DNA of 64,000 nucleotides from Octopus sinensis (taxonomy: Eukaryota): assembly GCF_006345805.1 (NCBI RefSeq), contig NC_043006.1, forward strand, positions 65,472,001 through 65,536,000. The letters run 5' to 3'. The position numbers and the translations under genes are program-made. This document shows positions 25,803 to 38,735 of the stretch, one piece after another (the stretch's first letter is position 1; every line of letters begins with the position of its first letter). A model generated the notes under the pieces. The model worked only from the letters and a program-made list of their open reading frames with translations, did no database searches and was not told where the DNA came from.

Positions 25803-27470
25803 AGGATTTAGAAAAAAATCCATTGTAATACTTGAGCTTCTTGAAATCCGTGTTATTTTGTTATACAGAAGTGCTATTAGTAAGACAAGGTAAGCAATAG
25901 TTTTCTATATTTTTTGTGAATTTTAAGCATTAAAATATTGTTTGTTTATCCTTTTGACTTCTCGTGTGCATTGCACCTGTAATTATTTTATCTCTAGTAC
26001 CTCACTAAGCCGAAAAAGATTGAGAACCGCTTGAATAGGTTGACTAAAGACATGCCTGTAGGTTATTGAAGGGAACTTCTTGTTAGTATTTAGGCAACTG
26101 GAAATGGTTGTATGTCATTAAAGGGAACTTCAGTTGGTCACTGAAGACACAACAATTGGTCATTAAAGGGGATTACCCATTGATTATTGTATTGAACGGT
26201 AAAGTACATGTTTGTAGGTTATTGGAAGAAACTACAGTATTTGGGTAACTGGAGACATGCCTGTTGGTCATTAAAGAGGATTTCATATGGGTCATTTGGT
26301 TAGTTTGCAGGTAATCAAGATTGGCCTTACATTTGTACAGCTGCCAGCTCAAGGTTCAATGGGTTCTATGCCTGTAAATAAAAGTAGGGTAAGTGGGTTT
26401 AACATGAATGTAAAGGCTCATTAGGCTGGAGCTTATCTTAGTTTCCATGGAATGTGACTGACTGAGAGAGTATAATACTTCATCCTACTGAACAAGATGC
26501 CAGTCCATTGAAAGCAGACTGGAGCAATGTGAAATGATGTGTTTTGATCAAGAATGTAACATCCTGCTTGGTGTGGGAATCAAAACCTTGAACTTAACCA
26601 ATCACAAGTCTAATATCTGAACCCGTATGTCATGCATCTTCACAGGCCAGGCACCCTCGTTTGATGCAGTACTTTGCCTTAATCTCTTTGAAAAATACAA
26701 TTTTCCATGTTGAAATAAATAGGTGCCATAGAGAGGTATAGCTTACTATTGTAAGCAACAAAATTGTAAGCAACAATAATTGATGAGTGTTTCAAATGTG
26801 TTTAAGGTTACTGGGAGAGAGTGAATAATATCAGAAGTATTATAGGTGAATGTTACATATTGTTAAGATTAAAACAGAAAATATTCTGTAGTCTGACCTA
26901 AGAATTATGCAAAATGCTTTAGGTACCTGTATGTATAAATGTCCTTTCCCAGTATTTATAATTTCATGGTGTTAAACAGATATGAAATAAATCCCTCCCT
27001 GCCATAGGGTTCACATTGATATAGTTAGGTGCAAATAGTACCATGTGTTGGGAATGTGTGACTGGCACAGATAACTGATATAAAAGATGGTAACCTTTTC
27101 ATATTTTTACTTGCACTTTGACCTGATCTGGACAATTACAGATGATGATGACAATGACAATAACGACAATATCTTAGTTCAACTGCCATTACGATCATTA
27201 ACCATCACCCATTACTATTATCATTATTTTGATCTATACTTTCCCATACTTGCATGGACCAAATGAGGTATATTGAAGCAGATTTCTCTATGGACAGACA
27301 CCATTCCTACTGTCAACCCTCATCTATTTTCAAGAAAGATAATATTTTCCCATGGCCAGGCATATTTACTCAGAATATTGGAAATTACTGACATGCTTGT
27401 ATGAGAGTGACAAATGTTTACAACATTTACAACAATGTCAAGACAAGGAGACACACACATATACATACAT

Positions 27471-27504
<34 letters not shown>

Positions 27505-27524
27505 CTTGTTGGCTTCGCAAGCAA

Positions 27525-27895
27525 GCAAAGATTTATGGGGGAGGATGTCCATGTCGTGGGCTTGCTGATGCCTGATGAATCTGGTATGGGACAAACAGTC
27601 ATGACTGCAGAAGCTGAACAGAAAGGTAGGCTGATCAGCATTGGTTGTAGTGTCCTTTTTTCCATTTTCTCTTTTGTCTGCCAGGATAATCCTGTGGTTG
27701 TGTTCAAGTGAGACTGTTACCTGGAAGACACTAGGCTTCATGGTTAATGGCAAGAACAGGCTACTGGTGGTGAACAATGTGGCAGGTGCTGAGAGATTTC
27801 TTTAAGGAGTCCTTGTATTTCTTATTTGGTGCTCATCTACCTTGGTGACCTGAGGAGAGTTCACCATATGGCATGTTCTTGGGAAGTTGATCCTA
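27525..27895 (-). pseudogene. RTE (BovB-like) LINE 3' fragment
   Basis: LPKNMPYGELSSGHQGR*APNKKYKDSLKKSL..CHIVHHQ, plus a terminal FCSHDCLSHTRFIRHQQ zinc-knuckle-like segment. Confidence 0.8.
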
Positions 27896-28127
27896 ATTGT
27901 GGTAGGCTTCTTTCCGTTTCCATTTCCCAAATGTACTCACAAGACATTGGTCAACCCAGGGCTATTGCAGAAGACACTTGTCCAAGGTGTCACACAATGG
28001 GACTGAATCCCAAACCATGTGATTAGGAAGGAAACTTTAACCATACAGCCACTCCTACACCCATCATAAATAATATCTATGTTTTGAAAACAATATTTGA
28101 TTTATCCACTAAAAAATAGCAATTGTT

Positions 28128-28350
28128 AAGGCGGCAAGCTGGCAGAAACGTTAGCATGCCGGGCAAAATGCTTAGAGGTATTTCGTGTGTCTTTACATTC
28201 CGAGTTCAGATTCCACTGAGGTCAACTTTGCCTTTCATCCTTTCAGGTGGGAGGGGGGTCGATAAATTAAGTACCAGTTGTGTACTGGGGTTGATCTAAT
28301 CGACTGCCCCCCCCCCCAAATTTCAGGCCTTGTGCCTAGAGTAGAAAAGA
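28128..28350 (+). mobile_element. SINE family B
   Basis: Same head and core as 41437-41677. Further copies at about 28950-29130 (-), 44005-44445 (+, tandem pair), 56040-56450 (-), 60645-61140 (+, three partial copies). Confidence 0.85.
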
Positions 28351-29929
28351 AAGAGTAGCAAATCTTGATTAAGGAAACATATGAACAAAGACAATCCAGT
28401 TATGGCCATTCCCTCTTTAGGTGTATTCCTGGTTACATTATCTTATGTGGCCTTTTGTGTTGAAGACTGTTTGCTCAATCAAGCTTGACTGGGGGGGGGG
28501 GCTATATTAACAACGCTTGTTAATGATTCATTCGTCTTCACATTGCAGGATGTATATGACTCAGCAGACCAGTTAATTTGATTGGCCAACTCTGTGTTTC
28601 TGCTCATTCTGCTTTTGCTTTCTTTTCTTATCTTTTCTGTTACTCATTTCAGTCATTAGACTGTGGCCATACTGGGGCACTGCCTCAAAGAATTTTTAGT
28701 CGAATGAATGGCGCCCAGAACTTATTCCAACTGTCTCTTTTGCTGAACTGTTAAGCTACGGGGTCATAAACAGTAGAGCCCAAGGTGCCACGTGATAGGA
28801 CTGAACATGGAAGCATGTAATTTGGAAGCAAACTTCTTACCACACAGCCATGCCTGCATCTGATGTATAAAAGCGTCAAAAAACAGTGCAAGTTAGGGCT
28901 GATTCTTAACTTTTGTCATGGGACCTAATATATTCTTTTCTACTTGACTGTGGCACAAGGTCCAAAATTTTTAGGGAGTGTGCCAGTCGATTACATCAAC
29001 CCCAGTATGCAACTAGTATTTAATTTATTGACCCCAAAAGGATGAAAGACAAAGTCGACCTCGCTGGAATTTGAACTCAGAATATAATGACAGACAAAAT
29101 ACGGCTAAGTATTTCACCTGGCCTACTTTATGGGGCCTAATATATTGCACTACTCTTGTGTAGACTCCTTCTTTGTATGAAAAGAAATAGATCTTCGACT
29201 TCCCAGGACTAATTTTTCATGACATTTTCTCACTTTCTTCTCTTCTCCTTCATAGAGCCAAAGAGCCAGTATTTTCATTGGTCTTAATTCTCTGTTTCCA
29301 TGAGAAATAAAAGTAAGATGTCTTGAAACACTTGTGCAAAGACTCGTTATTCATGTGATTAACTTAGGATTTAATTACGCTACATCCAACTGATGAGGTA
29401 GTGAAAACAATTTGTCCTAGTAATACACAGTACCTGAAGAAGAAGAAGAAATTTGTGGAATAACACAAGTGACTGCAGCTGTGTGGACACGGGTTAATTT
29501 GGCATGGTTGACTGAACGGTCAGTCTGGAGCTGAAGGCAAACGTGTGCTCGGAAATATACATGTACAAATTGAAAGGGGGAGGGAGGAGGGGGTAATGTT
29601 ATGATTTATTAATTGAACACGATTGATGAAAATGCTTTCCCTCTCCTCATCCACATAAAGAGATATTATTTGAACATAATTGACGTAATGAAGAGAAATA
29701 TACCCACAGAGAGAGAGAGAGAGAGAATGAAGCATTAAAATGCCTGATGTCAAATAAGTCAGCATCGAATCAGTGATGCTAAATGGGTGGCACCAAAATG
29801 ATTTGTGCCAAGCATCTCAAACCCACAAATTGATGGTTCTTCACCTGGCCATTACAATTTCATGATTATGACAATAATGATAAAGATTTTTTTTTTCATC
29901 TCATTTACATTTCTCATTATTATTAAGAA

Positions 29930-30800
29930 TGGTTTTTGTGTTGAAATTGCCATTTGTTGCTGATGTTATTACTGTTGTTGCAGTTGTTGCTCTTTTTGTT
30001 GTTGATGTTGTTGCGATTGCTATTATTGTAGCTGTTGTTGTTTTTGTAGTTGTACTTGATATTGTGGCAACTGTTTTCATCGTTGATGCTGTTGTTGTTT
30101 AGGTCACTGCTGTAGTTGTTGTTGTTGTAGTAGCCTTTGCCTGTTGTTGTTGTTGTTTTGAAACTGCTTGGAATGGTTTGTGGAAATGCCATGATCACTG
30201 ATTTGGAAATGGCCGTTGTTTTTCTAGCAGCTCTCGACACCTTTTATAATCCATCTTGTTTGGTGTTTTGCATTGAGCATGCAGCAAGCTGAAAGGTGAA
30301 GAGTTCCATTCACACCAATGTTAACATTCTCCAGATTTTCTTCTGCTGTCTTTTCTTGTCCATCTCCTTCTCCAACCACCATCACTATCACCTCGATGAT
30401 CTCTACCACTACAAATCTCCATACCCCTCCCTCCCCCACCTTGGCTTCCACAATGACATTACTATTCTGTCATCATCCACCACCATCATTATCATCATTT
30501 CACTGTTCTGCACCATCATCCATAACACCAACCCTTTCTCTTCCACCACCATCACTACAACCACTTATCTCCATCCCTATCATCCTTGCTGATCTTCACT
30601 ACCATTTGATCAAACCTACATCCACCATTACCACTACTACTATTGCTACCACCATCACCACTACTACTATTGCTACCACCACTACCACCATCACTACTTC
30701 TGCCACTACTACTACTACCATTAATCTAGCCCATCTACTACCTTTGCTTTCCCCACCACATCCCTACCCTGAACAATAACAACAACACCACCACCCCAAT
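29930..30800. repeat. Cryptic trinucleotide low-complexity blocks: (GTT)n-like 29930-30170 and (CAC/CAT/ACT)n-like 30370-30800
   Basis: Source of the poly-N and poly-T ORFs in the track. Confidence 0.85.
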
Positions 30801-31332
30801 GTTCACTTTTACAGTGTAACCGTTGAGATTTGTTGTTATTTGTGTGTTTCAGGTTATCTGTTGGGAGTTAAATATAAATCTAATATTCATTTCTATGGAC
30901 TCCGGTGTATTGCCAATATATGTAGGTGAGTGGCCACAATCGATTGTATTGACCTAAATATATGACTGGTACTTAAATGATTGAGTCTGAAATGATGAAA
31001 ATGTAACAGAGACAACATTAAATACTGAATACTCACATCTGCACAAGGTTACATAATTTGTTTTGTGTGGGCCATACAGTTGAATTAATCAACCCCAGCA
31101 CATTTACCTTGATTAAAGGACCCTTCCCTCCTTGTCATGTTTTATCAAAATGCAATCAGAATTCTTCAGTCATTTTGTTCAGATGTTTTCTTCATCTCAT
31201 TGCAACAGCTCTTGCTCTCTCTCTGTGAAACGGGAGATTTGCCAAGGCTCTGTGGCACTAATACATCATTGGGTGCTCTTGTTATCTGTGTTCTTTCCGG
31301 TTCCATTGAATGACTTGTTTGTTATTATTTAA

Positions 31333-31542
31333 CCATTTAGCATTCAGATTACTCTGTCAAATGTAATGCTTATTTATTCACAGTGGTTTGAATTAATCAT
31401 GCATCATCTTTTAGCTTTGAGTTTTCAATGATGTGATTGTTTATTTTTAGAATGATATAATGGAGAGACCAGATTTAGCTGGTTTGAACACAAAACAGGT
31501 TGAATATTTGGGCTGGATACAACCGGTTTAAATGCTAAAGGG
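31333..31542 (-). mobile_element. piggyBac-type MITE family C (about 210 bp)
   Basis: TTAA on both sides (31329-32, 31543-46), TIR CC(C/A)TTTAGCATT..AATGCTAAAGGG. Other copies at 24481-24694, 21196-21415, and partial at about 15675-15770, 16403-16578, 59765-59945. Confidence 0.85.
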
Positions 31543-31651
31543 TTAAACCCATATCAACACTGACTAGAGATCTATGAATGAAGTATATTTCATTCATGAC
31601 CATCCTTTTGTTTTCTCTGGCATAGTATATATTGGACTGCATCAAGTAATG

Positions 31652-31903
31652 CAGTGGTTCTCAAACATTTCTTTGCCTATGGGACCCTTAGACTTCTGTT
31701 TTACTCTTTTGGACCACCAAGGCCATTTGATGTTTAAACAAATCTTATTATTTCTATAATTAGATATTGTTAAGAATTGTATGATAAAATTGTTAAAATA
31801 TTTTGTGCATTGCTGAAATATAAACAATTTATTGCAGATAAATTTTAAGAGCAAAATCTTATATGGGCCCAAGGGCCATACAGATCCTGGTTGAGAACCA
31901 TCG
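31652..31903. mobile_element. Related Buster-type MITE without a nested insertion
   Basis: cagtggttctcaa..gttgagaaccatcg ends; duplicated right end 31904-31937. Partial relatives at 15808-15963, 16324-16402, 20658-20856, 39480-39578. Confidence 0.7.
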
Positions 31904-32744
31904 ATCTAGGGCCATACAGATCTCAGATGAGAACCATTGGTCTAGTATGAAAGCAAGTGTCCTTGTGATTTGGGTGTTGCACTACCAATAGTAAAATCGT
32001 AATTTCAATCCCTAGGCTGGCACTGCTTTGTGTTTTGGAATAAAGTACTTCATTTCATATCACTCTTTTCATTTAGGCTTGAATGGGTGGGTCACCCTGT
32101 GGTGGACTGGCATTCTATTCAGGTAGAATGTTGGCCTATCTGTCCAGCTAGCAGTGGTATCATTCGAAAGCTTCAAGAATGTGAGGACACACCTTGTGAC
32201 CAGCTGTGTATAGCAACATCTGATAGTCAGGTTGATACAGTGACAACATTTAATGTATCCATTTTCGAAATGGTACAGTGTGGTTTGAAGGAGATTTGTC
32301 TGCTGTTTGTCACAAGTCAAATGAACAAACAGAGGCTCCTCGTGAAAGACTTGTTTTGAAGATCATAAAGCCTTCTCAGTGTGAGTCGCAATACTCCTGC
32401 AAGTTGAGGCAGCATTTGCATTAATTGTTGATTGCAGTATTTCATTAAGAGGAAAATCTCTTCATTTGGTGCCTAAAATATTATAGAGGCATGGTATTTC
32501 TTACATCAACCAAACCGTCCTGGATGGGAGATGTTAAAGTCAGCTGCTTTTCAATCTGGATTCGGACCTTACTCTCTTTAAATCGAATGCTGTAAGGTAA
32601 TGATGTCCAACATTTTGTCTTTTTTTCATCTCCACTGGTTGACCACTAAATATTTTTTTCTTCATTTCCTTTCCTTTCTTTCTCTATTGTATGTCTTACA
32701 GTCCTTGTGTAAGAAGTTTTATAGCTTTTAACTTTTATCTTTCC

Positions 32745-33151
32745 CTTGTTGCAGTCATTACACTGTGACCATGCTGGAGCAAGAGGTTTTAATCAAATTA
32801 ATCGACCCCACTACTCATCATTATTTTTTCGAAAGACTGGTGCTTATCCTATCAGTCTTTTTTGTTGAACTGCTAAGTTACCTAGATGTCAACACACCAA
32901 AACTGCTTGTCAAGAGGTGGTGGGAGACAAACACAGATACAAGGAGAGAGAGAGAGAAGGGAGGAGACAGATAGGCAGACAGACAGATAGACAAACACAC
33001 AGAGGCTTCTTTCAGTTTCTGTCTACCAAATCCACTCACAAGGTTTTGGTCTGCCCAAGGTTATAGTAGAAACAATTGCCTAAGATGTCACGCAGTGGGA
33101 CTGAACTCAGAGCCATGTGGTTGGGAAACAGGCTTCTTACCACACAGCCAC
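32745..33151 (-). mobile_element. SINE family A with an (AG)n/(AGAC)n hinge
   Basis: Both arms present; the hinge is purine-rich on the + strand (32940-33000). Confidence 0.85.
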
Positions 33152-33285
33152 ACTTGTGTCTATGAGGAAAGTTTGCTAAGATCTTGCTCAATCTGTCTCC
33201 ATTTCTGGATATAGGGATTCCGTGAGTGGTCACTGATGATCCTTTCCATAATGAAATGAAGCTGATTCCAGGAGAAAGAGGAACC

Positions 33286-33322
<37 letters not shown>

Positions 33323-33466
33323 TCTAGTATTTGACTGATACTTGTGACCCTCTCATAAGGGTGAAAGGCAAAGTTGATGTCAGTGGTATTTGAGTTCAAA
33401 GTACAAAGGACCAGAACTAAAACTGCAGAGCACTGTATGCTTTACTCTAATGATTTTGTCATATCT

Positions 33467-34008
33467 TACCAACCACATGGTTCCAGGTTCAGTCCTGCAC
33501 CTTGAGTAAGTGTCTTCTTCTATAACCTTAGGCCTGCCTAAGCCTTGTGAGTGGATTTGTTTGATGGAAACTGAAAGAAGCCTATCGTATATATATCATC
33601 ATCATCATTTAACGTCTGCTTTCCATGCTAGCATGGGTTGGATGATTTGACTGAGGGCTGGTGAACTAGATGGCTGCACCAGGCTTCAATCTTGATCTGG
33701 CAGAGTTTCTTCTGCTGGATGCCCTTCCTAATACCAACCACTCCAAGAGTGTTGTGGGTGCTTTTATGTGTCACCTGCACAGGGCCAGTCAGGCGGTACT
33801 GGAAACGACCTCACTCAAATCTTTTACACATGCCACCTGCACAGGTGCCAGTAAGGTGATGCTGGTAACGATCACGCTTGAATGGTGTCTTTTATGTGCC
33901 ACTGGCACGGAGGCCAGATAGCCGCTCTGGCAAGGATCACGCTTGGATGGTGCTCTTAATACCCTACTAGCACGGGGCTTGAGTGCCAGTAAGTCAACGC
34001 TGGTAATG

Positions 34009-34039
<31 letters not shown>

Positions 34040-34262
34040 AGTATATACATGTGTTTGTGTGCCTTTGTTTGTCAACCCCCACCATTGCTTGACGACTGAT
34101 GTTGGTGTCTTTACGTCCCTGTAACTTTGCAGTTTAGCAAAGGAGACTGATAGAATAAGTACTGGGATTCCGGAGAATAAGTCCTGTGGTCGATTTCTTC
34201 AACTAAAGGTGGTGCTCCAGTGTGGCCACAGTCAAATGTCTGAAACAAATAAAAGAATAAAA
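33467..34262 (+). mobile_element. SINE family A with an antisense RTE 3' fragment (33598-34010) nested in the hinge
   Basis: Left arm to 33590, (CAT)n-initiated RTE tail on the minus strand, (AT)n resumes at about 34013, right arm to 34262. Confidence 0.8.
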
Positions 34263-34736
34263 TAATCTTCTTTTAAAGCCTCTTACTTATTGTGCCAGTC
34301 TCTTTTGCCAAACCACTAAGTTACAGGAATGTAAACAAACCTATACTGGTTGTCAAGCAGCAGTGGGGTACAATCACAAGCACAAAGATGCACAAGCATA
34401 TGTGCATAATGGGCTTCATTCAGTTTCCATCTACTAGATCCACTCACTAGACTTTGATAGTTGAAAATTGTCTGTGTGCTTCCTTATCTTGACATTGCAT
34501 GGTAATTGTAAACAAGTGTCACTGTCATATGAACAATGCCTTCATTTCTGATATTCTGTGAAAACATGTCTGGCCAACGTGGAATAGTACCTTATATTGA
34601 AACAAAGGTTGGTGACAGGAAGGGCATCTGGCTGTAAAAAACGTGCCTCGACAAATTCCATAGAACCATGCAAGCATGATGTATGTTAGATGATGATGAT
34701 AATGATGATGATAATGATACATATGTATGTGCATAG

Positions 34737-34884
34737 GAATGGCTGTGTAGTAGGAAGCTTGCTTCCCAACCACATGGTTCCGAGTTCAGCTCCTCTGCAT
34801 GGTACCTTGGGCAAGTGTCTACTCTAGCCTCAACCCGACCAAAGTCTTATGAATGGATTTAGTAGATGGAAACTGTATGTATGT

Positions 34885-34918
<34 letters not shown>

Positions 34919-35100
34919 TACCCCACCATTGTTTGACAACTGATGTTGGTGTGTTTATGTCCCTGTAACTTAGTGGTTCGGCAAAAGAGGCCAATAGAAT
35001 AATTACTAGGCTTACAAAGATTGACCTGGGGTTGATTTGTTCGACTAAAGGCAGCACTCCAGCATGGCCGCAGTCAAATGACTGAAACAAGTAAAAGAAT
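34737..35100 (+). mobile_element. SINE family A (right arm type i)
   Basis: Left arm, (GT)n, right arm ending gactgaaacaagtaaaaga. Confidence 0.85.
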
Positions 35101-35850
35101 ATACTCACATAATTGTGTGCTGGTAAACCAGATTATTTTCTTCATGCCTAAAGATTTCAGGTGTTGTCAGCCATCAACTACACTCATTTGGGAGCCTGAA
35201 ATAATGTGGCTGGGGTTACAAATATGACATATTGGTTTACTGCAACATCATTGAGAGCAGAGAATGTCATTGGTCAGTGTCTGTTGGATGGTGGCACTCC
35301 TCCCCTTTCTCTTTCCCTGGATCTGTTCAAAGAAAGCGGCAGAGGTAGTGGTGAGAGGAGAGGAGTAGAAGACTAGAAGGAGCTTGTATATTGAAGCACT
35401 CTAGTTGGCTTCCGGAAATGTTTCAAATATTCGAAATAGCATAACGGGTATGTATTGGTTGGCAGAAACTTTGTTGGGGATGGTGGCATGATATGGGAAT
35501 GAAGAGAATTAAATAGAGGAGAAAAAATAACAAAATTTATTGAAGCAAATAAAAGGAAAAAAGAAATATATAGCAGAGTAATGGTGGTCAGAGAAGTGAA
35601 ACTTAAACTCTAAGCTTAACAAGCAGACAGGCAAACAAACAAAGAAACCTTTTGCTGCTTATCAAAATAAACAAATTTCTAGTAAATTTCATGTTGAATG
35701 TTTTTCCTTAGACAACTTACAGCCTCACCCCCTCACAACCACCTGGTTTATCTCGAAAGTTTAACCTTGCTTCAGTTAGCTTCCTTTAAAAATATATTTT
35801 CTTTCATCTAACTTGCTTCAGTCACTGGACAGCAGCCATGCTGGAACACA

Positions 35851-35890
<40 letters not shown>

Positions 35891-35893
<3 letters not shown>

Positions 35894-36799
35894 TGGCTGT
35901 ATGGTAAGAAGCTTGCTTCCCAACCACATAGTTCTGGGTTCTGTCCCACTACATGTCACCTTGGGCAAGTGTCTTCTACTATAGCCTCGGGCTAACCAAA
36001 GCCTTATGAGTAAATTTGCTCGATGGAAACTGAAAAACACTCATCATATATATATATATATATAATGAAGCATTCTTCCTTGGTCTCAGGATCACTCATG
36101 TCTAGAAACTGAGGTTGGGGTAAGCAAGGGCATGCTCCCCATAGAAAATCCAGCTCCAAAAATGCCTCATGATAGCAGAGGAGAATGGGCACCAGCCAGC
36201 CAGCCAGCCAGCCCAACAGGTGGGGTGGGCTGCACCTGCCTACTTCAGCTGATATGGCATTGAGATAGATCTGGCCACCCCTGTTAACGGGGACAAAACC
36301 CAGATTTAAAACACTGTATGATGATGATGATGGTGCAAAGCAGTGTTTGGGTATGAGCACAATTTAGGTTAGTTGAAATATGTTTGTTACATATTTCAAC
36401 TGCTAAAGGCAAACACACTGTATTTACCATAGAGAAAAACTCTCCCTTATGGTAAAAAGGTGTGAAAATACCCGTTGGTTCAGTGTCACCATCTGTCAGG
36501 AATCTTAGATATCGATGTTTCAAGTTTTTTGACTTTTGTCAATGAGATGTACCTAAGAGAGGCAACTCTGGACAAACTAAATAAAGCTTGTAGCTTTATA
36601 TATAATTTAGTCAACACGTTGACTGATTTGTGCTGGTAGATCGCTCAGTTGAGATAAATACCAATAGATGGCGAAACTGAATCAACTTGTGTTTTCACTC
36701 CTTTTACCGTAAGAGAGATTTTTGTCTCCGTGGTAACTGCAGTGTATTTGCCTTTAGCAGCTGAAATATGTGCCAAACATATTTCAACTAACCTAAATT

Positions 36800-36844
<45 letters not shown>

Positions 36845-37030
36845 TTACGTGTCTGTGTTTGACCCCTCCCCCATCACTTGACAACTGATGTTGGTGTGTT
36901 TACGTTCCCATAACTTAGCAGTTCGGAAAATAAAAACTGATAGAATAAACTTAGAAAGAACAAGTCCTGGGGTTGATTTATTTGATTAAAGACACTGTTC
37001 CAGCATGGCCACAGTCAAATGATTTAAACA
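35891..37030 (+). mobile_element. SINE family A with two nested insertions in the hinge
   Basis: Left arm to about 36045, (AT)n, LINE-like tail about 36066-36335, foldback element 36358-36802, (AT)n, right arm 36840-37030. Confidence 0.75.
36358..36802. mobile_element. Foldback/MITE with about 140-bp imperfect TIRs
   Basis: Begins CACAATTTAGGTTAGTTGAAATATG and ends CATATTTCAACTAACCTAAATTGTG; arms stay alignable for about 140 bp. No TSD recognised. Confidence 0.8.
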
Positions 37031-37309
37031 AGTAAAAAAATAAAAGAATATATATATATTCACTTTGTATTTTCCCATGGTTTGTTTTGGTTCTATATTT
37101 GTGTTTAGTGCTCATCAGGTGTTCACAGGCATCGGAAGCGTTTTTACGTTAACATTAATAACAGTGAGAATGAATGCTCAATACTGCTTTGGTTGGTAAC
37201 CATTCTTTATTTGTAAGTTAACAAGGCTTCTAATGGTTTCATGTTGAGAGATTTCTCTCAACAATTATCAAGCCTGCCACAGGAAGGACATCTGGCAATC
37301 TGCCTCAGT

Positions 37310-37710
37310 AAACTCTGTTTGCCCCATGCTGTATGGGAGTGAGACATGGTGTCTGAGGGAGAGGGAGATGGCAATTTTGAGAGGAACTCAGAGAGCAATC
37401 GTGAGAAAAATGTGTGGGGTGAAGCCGTTTGATAAGAGGAGGACAGGATTTGATGGCAATGCTGGGGCTGGAGGAATTGCTTGAATTGAGTGAGGTGGGG
37501 TGGATATGTGTTGAGGAGGGATGAAGAGCATGTTCTGAGGAGAGTGATTGCTTTTGAGATAAATGGAGCATGAAAGCAAGTTGGACAAGGAAAAGGTGGA
37601 GGAGGAGATCAGGAGGGTTGGTTTGAAAAAGGAGGATGCCCAAAACTAGGCAAGATGATGTGAAGGCATTGAAGTAGATCTGGATTTAAAACATTGAATG
37701 ATGATGATGA
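37310..37710 (+). pseudogene. RTE LINE 3' fragment with (TGA)n tail
   Basis: PMLYGSETWCLREREMAILRGTQRAIVRKMCGVK..VLRRDEEHVLRRVIAFE..VEEEIRRVGLKKEDAQN. Confidence 0.8.
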
Positions 37711-37749
37711 TGATGATATATATATATATACATACATACATACATACAT

Positions 37750-37805
<56 letters not shown>

Positions 37806-37807
<2 letters not shown>

Positions 37808-37973
37808 GCTCAGGTGTAGTAAGAAGCTTACTCTCCAACCAAATGTTCAGTCCTCCTGTGTGACACCATGGGCAAGTACCTCATACTATAGTCTTGGGCC
37901 AACCAAAGCTTGTGAGTGGATTTGGTAGACAGAAACTGAAAGAATCCTGTCGTATATAATATATGTATGTATA

Positions 37974-38019
<46 letters not shown>

Positions 38020-38735
38020 GTGTTTTGTGTCTATATTAGTCCCCTGCTACCATCTGACATTTGGTGTTGGTATAACTTAGCAGTTTAGCAAAAGAGACTA
38101 GGCTTAAAAAACTAAGTAACGGGGTTGATTCATTCTACTAAAAACTCTTCAAGGCATTGCCTCAGCATGTCTGCAGTCCAATGATGGAAAGGAGTAAGAG
38201 ATAATAGATAACCACAATCACAGCAGTTATAATAACGATATCTATAATGATGTCAGCGATAACAACAGACTTCAAAATGTGAATTAGTAATTAAAACAAA
38301 ACCGGATATGTGTACTGTCTGTGTTTATAGTATTCACTTATATAGGCACAAGCGTGGCTTTGTGGTAAGAAGCTTGCTTCCTGGTCTTACGATTGTGGGT
38401 TCAGTCCCACTGTGTGACACCTTGGGCAAGTGTCTTCTACTATATGCTCAGGCTGACTAAATCCTTGTGAATGGATTTGGTAGATGGAAACTGAAAGAAC
38501 CCCCACTGTGTGTGTCTCTGTGTATGTGTGTGCATGTGTTTGTGTGTGTGTGTCCCACCACCACATGACAACTGGTGTTGGTGTGTTTATGTCTCTGTAA
38601 CTTAGCTGTTTGGCAAAAGAGACTGATATTGTAAGTAGCAAGTTTTAAAAAAATAGGCACTGGAGTTAATCCATTCAGCTAAAAATTCTTCAAGACTTTG
38701 CTCCAGCATGGCCACTGAAACAAATAAAAGATAAA
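37806..38735 (+). mobile_element. Two consecutive SINE family A copies (about 37806-38200 and 38350-38735)
   Basis: Both have left arm, microsatellite and right arm type i. Confidence 0.8.

Noticed and set aside
25869-25889. 21-nt microexon-like segment (acag|...|gtaagc); a similar 13-nt case at 43034-43046
   Set aside because: Such matches are expected by chance in about 57 kb of intron. The first appears to lie within a MITE. Needs RNA-seq.
29390-29416. CTGATGA..GAAA..GTC hammerhead-like string, also containing TGAGGTAGT (let-7 5' end)
   Set aside because: No stem I or stem II complementarity. Only 9 nt match let-7 and there is no precursor hairpin.
29923-30779. Poly-Asn and poly-Thr ORFs as possible low-complexity exons
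   Set aside because: They are degenerate trinucleotide microsatellites on opposite strands with no convincing splice sites.
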